From Anthoceros angustus (taxonomy: Eukaryota > Plantae > Anthocerotophyta): DNA of 64,000 nucleotides. The stretch lies in contig MU008219.1 of assembly GCA_010909165.1 (NCBI GenBank), positions 62,001 through 126,000 of the forward strand, written 5' to 3'. The position numbers and the translations under genes are program-made. Below, one piece after another: positions 51,410-62,052 of the stretch; the first letter of the stretch is position 1; every line of letters begins with the position of its first letter. The notes beneath the pieces were generated by a model, which was given only the letters and a program-made list of their open reading frames with translations, had not been told where the DNA came from and did not search any database.

Positions 51410-53815
51410 TCACCATTTAATGAAATCTCGACAGAAGAAAGGGATATGACCAGTACCCACGTCCACCATAGTGTGAAAACTTTTCTCCTTCAAGGGCATG
51501 TAGAGGTTCCGACAAGAGGCTCGGAGAAGCTGCCCCACATGTCGTCGAGCATGTCTGTCAAGCGCATAGCGCTGATTAATTCCCAGGGCCAAGAGTGCGA
51601 GTATGCTTGGACTACCCGGATGGACTGAGTTCAAGATTCGCACAGTCTTGTCCATGAACTGCTCTCCAAAGCAGTTAAAGGAGAGAACATAAACTTGGGC
51701 AAAGGAACATCGGATCCAGTCCTTCTGTTCCTCAGTGAACCCCGCACAAGCTTGGCTGCGCAGGATTGCCTCCAGCACGCCTGCAACTTGGCAAGCCCTA
51801 GCAGTAGTGGAAGAAGTTCTTCTGCCAGATTCGAAGTCTGCATGGTATGTCTGGGCCAGAGCTGCCAAAGCCGGGATGCGCTGGAGTGCCTCCTCCTCGA
51901 ATTTGCACCGAGCACAGTCGCACTGGAAAGGGCTCTTGGAACAGTGGCTCTTGCGGGACGCCAGGCTCTCGAAAACGGTGAAGTAATTGATGTAGAGCTC
52001 CGCTCCAGCCCGGACAGGCCGGGTGCAGCTGATGAACATCATCTTCCTCTGGAATGTCCTGTAAGTGCAGTTGGGAATGCACGAGTGGTTGAAGAAGGAA
52101 GGCAGCCCGTAGATCGCACCCGCAAACGCGTTGGCTTCAACGATGCGACGGATGTCGCGGACGTCGACCTGGGATAGGTATTCTTCGTTCACAGCCCCGT
52201 ACTTCTCGTCATCCCAGTCTTCGGTGAAGAGGGAGAATGGAGGCACATCCAGCCTGCCCTGGCTCCCGTGCTGCAGACTCCTGAGCTGCGCTGCGTACTG
52301 TGGAGATGCCTGTGCCTTGGCTATCATCTGGACAACCATGGCTTGGAGTTGTGCATTCCACTTCCCCCCGGGGACCTCCACGTTCCGTGCTTCCGGCCCA
52401 TGTGCATGCCTATCTTCCTCCGATGTCAGACACTTCAGGTTTCTCCCATGAAAGATTAGGGCTCGAGCGGGCCATGTCCCGGGCTCTTCCCCTTCAGCAA
52501 GAGGCTTGCTCACAAGCAGAAGCTCCCCTGGCTTCAAATCCCTAGTAGCAAACATGGCTCGCCTGCCGCTCTGCCTGCTGGCACGAATCTCGATAGGTCC
52601 TACAAAGGGAGCACACTCTGGTGCATCCTCGCTTCCATGGCAGTCCTCCATGCATCCTTCGTGCTTGAACTGGTAGATGCCCGATCCGCTCTGTCGAGCA
52701 CCAATCTCCGCCCTGCACTTGTCTCTCACGATGCGAACCAGAACCTCCGGGTCGGAGCTGGCACTACTCTCCTGCAGGGACTCGAGCAAGACAACCGCCT
52801 CCTCGTATTTATGCATCCTGTGCAAGCATCCCGCCTTCCGCAGCGAGGTCTCGACGTCGCTAGGGTTCAGCTCCAACGCCATCTCCGCACTCCGGAGGGC
52901 TTGCTTGTAGCGTCCCAGGCCGATCAACGCGTCACACATCTTGGAGTAGACCATGGCAAGCTTCTCATCACAGATCGACCCTGCATTGCTGCTCGCCGCC
53001 TCCTCCATGTTTATCTCCTCATTCCACGGCCAGGCACGCACATGTTTGCACAAATCCAGAAGCCTGGCACTCTTGTCGAAGCACGCAGCCGCGCGGTTCC
53101 AGCTCTTGCGAGCCAAGTGCACGTTTCCTCGAGCGCAGAGCTCCTCCACGCATTTCATGAACACATCACAGCGGCATTCGTTCAAATCCACGGCAAACCG
53201 ATCCAACAATTGCGCGCAATCCCGCTGTCCAGCCGGCAGCGGCACGATGTCTACCGGGTTGGAAATCTTCACCCCCAGCGTCCCGTCCTCCCAGAGCTGC
53301 GTGAACATGGGCTCCTTAATGGCCACCTTCATTCCCTGAGGGTACTTCTGGCAGACATCTTCCCTGCTGGCAGCCGGAACCACAGCATTGTCGATCACCA
53401 CCAGGACGGCACTTCCCTCCTCATCTTCAAACACCGTGCGAACTCCACCCGTCAGAAAGGGCTTCACACACAGCGTGCCAACAGCGTACAGCCCTGTGCT
53501 CAGCGCTGAACAGCCATCGTCCAGGCGCTGGAAGCCATCCAGATTCAGCTTCAGCTCCCGAAGACTTGCTTCATCCAAAAATGAGAAGGGGGCCGCTGGC
53601 CTCGGAGGATCCATAGTCACGTAGCCCAGCGGCCTGGCATCCTCCTGGAATGCATACTCGTCCACCAGTCTGCTGAACTCCTCCGCAGCCTCATTGTGGC
53701 GCATGACCAGGCCCGATTTATCCAAATTCCTTGCGCTTCGCCTGAAAGAGATGCCTCTGGCGCTGAGTCTGTCAGCCAAAACGTTGTCTATAACTGGAAT
53801 ATATCCAGATGCCAT
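51410..53815 (-). CDS. Intact intronless 801-aa protein: N-terminal beta-rich domain, TPR repeats, split SET domain and post-SET CxCxxC
   Basis: Long GC-rich ORF. YPQGMKVAIKEP..ISNPVDIV; TPR LGRYKQALRSAEMALELNP; MFATRDLKPGELLL, SFFNHSCIPNC, GAELYINYF, FQCDCARC. Confidence 0.9.
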   Translation of the reverse strand: MASGYIPVIDNVLADRLSARGISFRRSARNLDKSGLVMRHNEAAEEFSRLVDEYAFQEDARPLGYVTMDPPRPAAPFSFLDEASLRELKLNLDGFQRLDDGCSALSTGLYAVGTLCVKPFLTGGVRTVFEDEEGSAVLVVIDNAVVPAASREDVCQKYPQGMKVAIKEPMFTQLWEDGTLGVKISNPVDIVPLPAGQRDCAQLLDRFAVDLNECRCDVFMKCVEELCARGNVHLARKSWNRAAACFDKSARLLDLCKHVRAWPWNEEINMEEAASSNAGSICDEKLAMVYSKMCDALIGLGRYKQALRSAEMALELNPSDVETSLRKAGCLHRMHKYEEAVVLLESLQESSASSDPEVLVRIVRDKCRAEIGARQSGSGIYQFKHEGCMEDCHGSEDAPECAPFVGPIEIRASRQSGRRAMFATRDLKPGELLLVSKPLAEGEEPGTWPARALIFHGRNLKCLTSEEDRHAHGPEARNVEVPGGKWNAQLQAMVVQMIAKAQASPQYAAQLRSLQHGSQGRLDVPPFSLFTEDWDDEKYGAVNEEYLSQVDVRDIRRIVEANAFAGAIYGLPSFFNHSCIPNCTYRTFQRKMMFISCTRPVRAGAELYINYFTVFESLASRKSHCSKSPFQCDCARCKFEEEALQRIPALAALAQTYHADFESGRRTSSTTARACQVAGVLEAILRSQACAGFTEEQKDWIRCSFAQVYVLSFNCFGEQFMDKTVRILNSVHPGSPSILALLALGINQRYALDRHARRHVGQLLRASCRNLYMPLKEKSFHTMVDVGTGHIPFFCRDFIKW

Positions 53816-55646
53816 TGTGCTAGCGCGTGTAGCCAGAGCTACATTCGTCTATGTAGATACTTGGGAGAGAGATATCGATGCGTGTCTTGCTGAGACTCTC
53901 AGCCAGAAATTATGTGCGAAGCGATGAAGAAGTTCCGGGGATGGAGGCAGGGCTGAAGTAGTTCCTACGGAGCCCACGCTCTCGAGAGCCAACCACACAC
54001 ATGTACGCGAAACAAATGAGCAGTTAATTCATGTTGTCCATGAATGTGCGGGAGAAGCAGAATCTGGGCTACACAGAACCTTCCGACTGTACAGTTTTCC
54101 AGACGTTAAATTGCTGTAGGTAGTGCTTTTAAAATCTTACACAGAGTTGCTCTCAGGCCTGGGGTGATGAGATGCACGACATGGACAAGCTTAACCCCAG
54201 AACGCCCGCGGAGTTTGGCCTATTTTTGGAGTGAAATTTGGTTAAAAATAATTTAGGTTTTTAATTTTAATTTTATATTTAATTCATAAAAAATATGAGT
54301 AACCATCTCCGAGGCGCGCTCTTTGGAACGCAGCAAAGATGCCCACATTCCATGAAAAGCTGCTCTTTTTGTGTGGTTAGAAATGAGACATATGATTCTG
54401 CGAACTGAAACTTTGTTGCCTGGTTTGCATGTATCCGAGATCGACACACTATTAGTGATTTCAACATTCCATTGGAAAGCCACACTTCGATTCCATATGC
54501 AAACTTTGTAACCACAAACATGTTGACCACAAAAGTAGGTGGCTAGCCGTTCTGAACTCTTTAGAAAACCTCGATGAATGCTTTCATCCCGTGGAAGCAG
54601 AGTCTCCTAGGTTGTGCTACTTGTCCACCTACTTGGTCCATTTATGAGAAGTGGAAGGATTGTTGAGCGATGGGGAGTTATCAGACAAATGGGCCCCATT
54701 TGATGTTGTGGTGGTACCTTCAGGGGAGGTCCCCATTTCCCTGGCAATGAGAAGACCCTCCGAATCGGTAGAGCAATTGGTAAAGGCCGAGGGAGCCGCC
54801 CAGGTCCAGGTATTTGATCAGGAGGAGGAGGAAGAGGTGGAGATGCCTCTAAGGTGTACCCGGCGTGTACAATGAAGAATTATGTATTTCACAGGTTTTT
54901 ATGACGGATGATCACCATCAATGTGAAAATATCTATTTCATTTATCCCCTCACTAGCTAAGGGTCTATGGAATAATCCCTAAAAGCACCACGGGACTGGT
55001 GCTTCGGTCGCCATTCGCTGTTCCCCGATATGGCCATTGAATGGCGGGAGTTGGGCTCACCCTCAGTCCTGGATAGCCGGTGAGTTGGCTCTCTGGTTCA
55101 CTGACGTGGTAGAGCAAACCGATAACGGCTCCATTGGGAATCATGGGTGAAATTACCTTGTTTGTGCCAACCACGATTGTTCAGTAAAAAATTGTGACTT
55201 TTCTAATCTATTTTAATTCTTAGGTACTTATCACAACAACTACAGTCCCTATTGAACAGCCTGTTGCCTAGGGAACAACAGCCATAAGACTTCGAAGTCT
55301 TTTCGCAAAAGTTGCTTTGCATTGGCAGAGTTCGCAACTTTTATCTTGGTGAAATTAGCCTGCATTTTCTAGGGCTTGGTGTCGGAATCGAGTCAAGCAG
55401 AACTTCGTCCCAAAACTACTATATTACTCTCCCAGACAAGATGCTTTCTAGGGCACAACACATCCTGATATTCCTGTCTAGTGCCGTTCGATATGTACAG
55501 CATGGTCAGCCTAGAAAAGAGCTCCTCTTGTTGCGGTCAAGATCGTTATAAACTACCACATATCGTGTGGGTAGGTGCTTCTTGAGGAGCGGCATTAGAG
55601 CTATGTGTACACGCAACCAATTGATGTCCTGCCATCGGAAAGTGCC

Positions 55647-57092
55647 TATTCCACAAACAACCAGTTGAACGCCGCCTCCTCCGCATCTTGATTCTGGAGC
55701 ATACTAGAAAACCAGCTAGGATGACCAATAATTTAACTCTAGAAATGAGCCATAACATTGGTGAAGAATTTTCCGTTCACACAAGTTAAGCACAAGCTAA
55801 CGATTGCACCAACATCTTAATCACTAGGATCGATGTCAAGATCTTCAAGCTCGAGATGTAACAGGAATTCCATAGTGCTAGCTATTAGCGACCTGATCGG
55901 CTTCCTTCGAACAGAGATGAAGTATGCGTACGATAAATTTTTTGTTGGAGCCACTACTGCATGCACAACAAGGTAGCCGTCTCCAAAGGCATAGAGGCTC
56001 GCTAAGATACCATTCTTGGTGTGTCACAGACCCTTCATCTTCTGGTCTCAATGGAAACATGACTTTCTTTCATAACGATTCATCTTCCCATCCCTAATGT
56101 CACCTCTACTTTTTGTAAATGCTTATGGAATTGTACGATGCGTTGGGGACATCAGACAATCTAAAAGCTCCGAGCTCGCTCACTGAGCGTAGGAGCGGAG
56201 AAAGTTAAGAGAGGATCTTGTTATTATGGTCACGGGGCTTGTAGCCTCCGCTCCGTCATTGTCAATGGTTAGTCCAACTAGTTTACTCGTTAATCAGTCT
56301 AACTCCTAGCTCAATGAAATGCTTGCTTAATTAGGACTGTATTCATTAGGGCGCCATATGCTAGCGAATTCTCATTGGCTTGTTCCAGTGCTTATTCAAG
56401 TCAACCGCTTAGCATTATACGCATTGGTCTTGGTCACTGATGGATGTAAAGCCCCATGTTTGATGCATACTGACACAAATGCTTGAGATTTATGTGACCA
56501 ATCCTAGAGAATAAGGCAAATGCCACAGCTCGTTGCACATGGGAGGACGTGGATGGACCTCAATGGAATTCTGAATTATTAGACATGGTGGCTCAAATTT
56601 AGTGATAGTCATGTCATCACACATAGAATTGAACAGTCCAATTTGAAAACTGCTGGGAAAGATACCACATGGTCATCGCAATCAATTCTGTTCTTCGGTA
56701 AGTAGACTTTAATCTCTCAATCAAGATAGGACGCGGGGAAAGACTTGATCCTTAATTGTAAGCATTTAATTTTGCCTCTTATAATAAGGGATTTACTTCC
56801 ACATCCAAGATGGGTGGTGACGAAGGACAGAACTTTTATGGTCAACAGGATAGTTGGGTGCAACCACTACTAGGAAAATGGGCCTTTTACAACGGAAATT
56901 ACAACGGGCATTACAACGCCCTTACTAAGTCTGTAATAAAAACCCCCGTAGTAAACACACCTTAGTAATATCCATAGTAAAATCACATACGGTATATACG
57001 AGGGCTATATCATGTATTAAATATGGTATTGTCCATTTCATACGGTGTATGGCTTGTCTGGTGCTCCGTACACTGCTTAAAGTTTACAACGG
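55647..57092. repeat. Duplicated block B' with a CACTA terminus at 56865
   Basis: Copy of 39845-41282; CACTACTAGGAAAA at 56865. Confidence 0.92.
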
Positions 57093-57169
57093 AACCCCTT
57101 TACAGCGGACATTACTACGATACATTTACAAAGCGTTTTACAACTTCAATAACCATGGTTAATGATTCC

Positions 57170-59023
57170 GAAGATTCGGGTTCTGGAGAAGGTTCGGGTT
57201 CTGGAGAAGGTTCGAGTTCTGGAGAAAGTTCTTGTTCTGTAGGAAGCTCCAATTCTGGATAGAGTTCCCATTCTGCAGCGGGACCTAGAGCTGGAGCTAG
57301 AGAAAGCCACCACCTCAAAGGCCAGGATTTCCCACAAATGCGGACAAGACAAACCTCCCAAGGTTGAGGGGAGAGACCCAATTAGGTTATAGTAGGATGC
57401 ATTGAGGGCTAAGAAACTGAGTGTAGCTCCAAGTGTTTGAAGAAGTGGTCCTATGCTAGCATCGAGGTCATCAAGATCGCGGCAGTTAGCCTCAAGCTTT
57501 GCCGGAATGCCCGCCCCTTGAGGTTGGATTATTCCAAAACCTTCTTGAGGCGGTAATCTCACCATTTGAGTGATTGCGAAGGTTGCAACATCCCACATTT
57601 GGGAGCAATGGCGATCATGGGTCCATTCCACTCACAAATCGAAAGTTTGAGCCGATATGGGCGTAGATTGCATACCTAGTCATTGAGCACGGGCATGTTT
57701 GGAAGGACAGGACTTTAACATTTTCAAGGGTGTTTTTGAGGCGTTCATGGATACAAGGATATGGTTAAGAGAATCACGAAAATATTTCGAATCGACACGC
57801 TTTTTTAAGATGACAATTGTCGAAAGAGGATTGGAGACAATCCACATTCGATGAGACGCCTTAGAGGCTCTCCATATGAGGTGATGCTTAATCTTATCGC
57901 CCTTTATTCAAAGCCTCCGTTCAAAATTAAAATTAGTTGCGATAGCCTAAGCCGCAAGTGCGCATTGTGAACCAAATTGCTCAATAATTATTCCAATTCT
58001 AGGTAATGTCGCTTCGCTTAAGATGAAAAACTGGATTCTGATCTATCGTTGTAATCCCAACCGCCAAATTCCAGCCAAGGATCCNAAGATTCGGGTTGGA
58101 GAAGGTTCGGGTTCTGGAGAAGGTTCGAGTTCGAGAAAGTTCTTGTTACTCGTAGGAAGCTCCAATTACGGATAGAGTTCCCATTCTGCCGCGGGACCTA
58201 GAGCTGGAGCTAGAGAAAGCCACCACCTCAAAGGCCAGGATTTCCCACAAATGCGGACAAGACAAACCTCCCAAGGTTGAGGGGAGAGACCCAATTAGGT
58301 TATAGTAGGATGCATTGAGGGCTAAGAAACTGAGTGTAGCTCCAAGTGTTTGAAGAAGTGGTCCTATGCTAGCATCGAGGTCATCAGCACTGGCAGTGTT
58401 AGCCTCAAGCTTTGCCAGAATGCCCGCCCTTGAGGTTCTGGATTATTCCAAAAACCTTCTTGAGGGCGAATCTCACGGATTTGAGTGATTGCGAAAGGTT
58501 GCAACATCCCACATTTGGGAGCAATGGCAGTCATGGGTCCATTCCACCTCACAACTGGGAAAGCTGAGCACGATATGGGCGCGTAGATTGCATACCTAGT
58601 CATTGAGCACGGGCATGTTTGGAAGGGACAGGACTTTAACATTTTCAAGGGTGTTTTTTGAGGCGTTCGCGGATACAAGGATATGGTTAAGAGAATCACG
58701 AAAAATATTTCGAATCGACACGTTTTTTAAGATGACAATTGTCGAAAAGGGGATTGGAGACAATCCTGATTCGATGAGACGCTCTTAGAGGCTCTCCATA
58801 TGAGGTGATGCTTAATGCTGTTACTGCCCTTTATTCAAAGCCTCCGTTCAAAATTAAAATTAGTTGCAGCTAGCCTAGCGCTGCAAGTGCAGATTGCTTG
58901 AACCAAATTGCTCAATAATTATTCCAATTCTAGGTAATGTCGCTTCATCGCTACAAGATGAAAACGCTGGATTCCTAGACTATCGTTGCTTAATCCCAAC
59001 TGCCAAATTCCAGCCAAGGATCC
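57170..59023. repeat. ~0.92-kb tandem duplication joined at a single N (58085)
   Basis: 57170-58084 matches 58086-59023; indel-rich near the N. Confidence 0.92.
57340..57530 (-). pseudogene. Plant extracellular LRR gene fragment (copy at ~58240-58440)
   Basis: GIPAKLEANCRDLDDLDAS..LALNASYYNLIGSLPSTLGGLS fits the plant LRR consensus. Confidence 0.55.
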
Positions 59024-60227
59024 ACGCACTGAAGACTCTTCTTACCAAGCTGCTCGTAGGGGTAGGAAGGAAGCCACCTCCAAGCAGCAGGCGTCCCTCG
59101 CAAATCGACACCCACCATCCTGTCCCCGCACGCGTCCAGCATGATATATACTTGGTCCTGCCCTGCCACGACCTTGATCCCACCGAAACTCTGGGCGAGA
59201 TTATCACCATCCATCCGCTTGCCATCGACATGTGCATACAAGGGACGGAGCATGGCAGCGGGCATGGAGGCCACCTCCATCCAGGCCATCTGCCCCAGAT
59301 CCAACTCCCAGATCTGAATACGCAACGGATCCTTCCTTCCTCACATATAAGCACAAGTAGTGCTAAGACACGAGCCGGTCGCACGCTACAGCGCGTGGCG
59401 AAGCGGAGAGATGGCGAAGAGGCCCGAATTCATTAGGAGGCATAGACGTCATCGACATGCTCCAGTTGTGCCGCTCCATATCGTAGGCCAGCACGCGCCG
59501 GAAGAAGGCGATGAGAACACGTTCCGTAAACACTCCTGTGGGTCGGCTCCCATTGAAGCCCCCGAGCCACGCGCTAAAGTCTTCAGTGCAGATGGTCATG
59601 TTCCACTTCCTGAGCGCGGAATCGAAGATGAAAGTCTGCATGAGTTCCGAATGAGCTGTCGGGTCCCTCATCACCACTAGCTTGAAGTGGCGTGCCTTGG
59701 CATCCACCAACATCCCCCGCACATGCTCTATCCCAAAGTCATGGGAGCGTCACAGCGAGGCCGGGAGGCGTGCCCTGGGTTGCTACGTGCAACATCACGT
59801 CGTGGACACCGTCCGCCACCGCCAATACTTCGGGGAGCGATAGATCGGAGATGCCAGAATGGTGCAGGTCCTGGAGCTTGTGCCAGCGGTCGGAGGCCGG
59901 GTCGTAGATGCAGGACCTCCTGCTGCTGCCGGATCCGAAGTCGGGTGATATGGAGCCCACCACCCACAGCACTCGTTCCCCCGCCCCCGACAACTCCCGC
60001 TCCTTCAACATTGAGGACCACGACCCGGACCCCCTCCACTCTCGACTGCACACTGCCCGCAATAGCAACTGGTTCACCAGCGGTAGCTTTGCCAGGATCG
60101 TGACGACCAGGTCATGAGGCAAGTCGCTCCATTCAACAGCCTCCTCCTCCTCCTCCTTTGCACCATCCACCGCTCCCGGCCTACTCACTCTCTTGCCATT
60201 CGTATACGAGGTACTCTTGATTGACAC
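58990..60227 (-). pseudogene. F-box protein with kelch/FBA-like C-terminus, split over three frames
   Basis: WSDLPHDLVVTILAKLPLVNQLLLRAVCSREW; IYDPASDRWHKL; FIFDSALRKW; IQIWELDLGQMAWMEVASMP. No clean in-frame ATG; may reflect sequence errors. Confidence 0.8.
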
Positions 60228-61654
60228 GCCAGACTCGGATCCCTACTCTCTTGCCAACTCTTGCAAACTTTTTCCAGACTCTAGATCTCTTGCCATCACC
60301 CTGCGGATGCTCGCTCCCTGCCTCCTTCGAATTCGCCCCATTCATCCTCCCACACGGTACCCTAGCACGGCCAGATTAGACGACATGTCAAAGCTCACAT
60401 ACCAGCTACTAGCTATGTCAAAGGCGAGATAGACCATAAACAAGGGTCCACCCTCAATTTAGAAAATAAGCAAATATACAAGGGTTCTACCTGATACACA
60501 TTACGTGCCAAAGTAATATCACCTAGAGCGGACAAAGTTACCGATTCGAATGGGTTGCAAAAATCTCCGAGTCCCACAATGAGAAACTACAAGCACATTA
60601 TATAATAGCATGTGCTTTGATATGTATACTTACATATATAGACTTAGTCTTCAATAGATAACGCTAATTATGAATATATTTATAATATTACTAATATTTT
60701 ATATTATCTTTTACAAAAATTGAGATATGCTTTCATCATTTTCTTCACTAAGTTTCGATTTGGAGTATACACAATAATTAGATAATGTGTGCAAAAGTAG
60801 TATCCCCAAGCTCTCATGTGTGTGCTGGAGCTTGTTGGAGCTCTTTCCATCTCAAGAACAAAGGAAATGATGGAAGAAACATTTTAAGTTTGATGTTTCC
60901 TGCGTTTACTTGGAGCGACAATAGCATAGCTAGTCTTAGCCTTCTCGATTATTTTGTTCATTTGTTATTATTCTAAAAATTTGAAAGAGTTCCACAAAAC
61001 AACCAATGATTAAACAAAACGCGTGAAAGTGACATCACTAAGAATGCTCAAGGTCCAAAAGGAAGCAATAGTAGTTTGAATACGTAGACCTACAAATCTA
61101 AGTCATTTTATCGGCAAGCACAAACTCAACTCGGAGAGATCCACGTCAAAGAAGAACAAAGTACAAGCTATACTAAAACTTCATTGTATAATATTATAGA
61201 CCTCAAATATTTTATAATTGATCTAAAACAATTATAAATTAGTCGATCATATGTTTATGAAATTATGACAAGCTCCCATCAAGTTCTCGATAGTGATTAT
61301 ACATAATGATTGTAATTTCATAGTGGTCTCTATTCCATCTATCATATATATACATATGTATGAAAGTAAATTAATTTTTCGATGAATTGGTTATAATCAA
61401 TAAGCGAGAAATGCTCCAAACGCACATAGAAGTGTGTTTCATTCCTTTTTTCATAACTAGAGAAGAACAACGATGAGTACAAATTGGCAAATCACTAAAA
61501 AACTACGAACTGGATCACCGAAAAGTTTTGTAGCAACATATAGTCTACGAAGGAATTTGAAGTAATATCAAACTTCTCTAACAAAGTTAGACCTCTCAGT
61601 ATAGTGGAAAGGAGGCCACTCAATGTAGTTGGAAGTTGTATGCGTCAAGTTCAT

Positions 61655-61835
61655 GCGTGTGTGTTTTAGCTTTAAGCTTCTCGTGCTTGTGTGCTTTAGC
61701 TTTAAGCTTCTTGCGTGTGTGTGCTTCAGCTTTAAGCTTTTTGTGCGTATGTGCTTGAGCTTAAAGCTTCTTGTGCTTGTGTGCTTTAGCTTTAAGCCTC
61801 TTGTGCTTGTTGCTTGTGCTGTTTATTTTAACAAT
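61655..61835. repeat. 30-bp tandem array (gtgtgctttagctttaagcttcttgtgctt), ~5 copies; related array at ~63400-63556
   Basis: Directly visible; both arrays end in ...ttattttaacaa. Confidence 0.9.
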
Positions 61836-61916
61836 TCAGACAGAAAGATGCAGAGATACAGATGAAGAAAGATACATCTAATAGGACCTGTCACCTCTGG
61901 TGAAGGAATTGGATAG

Positions 61917-62052
61917 CACTACTACAAAACATAAAGCTTTTTAACGCACCATATATCACGTAGCAAGTTCTCGTGATATTGGGGTTATAAATTAACACAG
62001 CTAATTTGGTGGCCCAGTTAATTAACTGGGTTCAGGACCACCAAATTAACTG
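61917..62052 (+). mobile_element. Possible CACTA terminus of a second family
   Basis: CACTACTACAAAAC followed by a palindromic subterminal region; opposite end not seen. Confidence 0.45.

Noticed and set aside
52637-53509. 290-aa ORF antisense to the intact SET gene (and similar ones over the F-box and RPL18a genes)
   Set aside because: Shadow ORFs expected opposite GC-rich coding sequence.
54279-54530. Possible LINE RT C-terminal fragment (YGIEVW)
   Set aside because: One short motif only; no RT core nearby.
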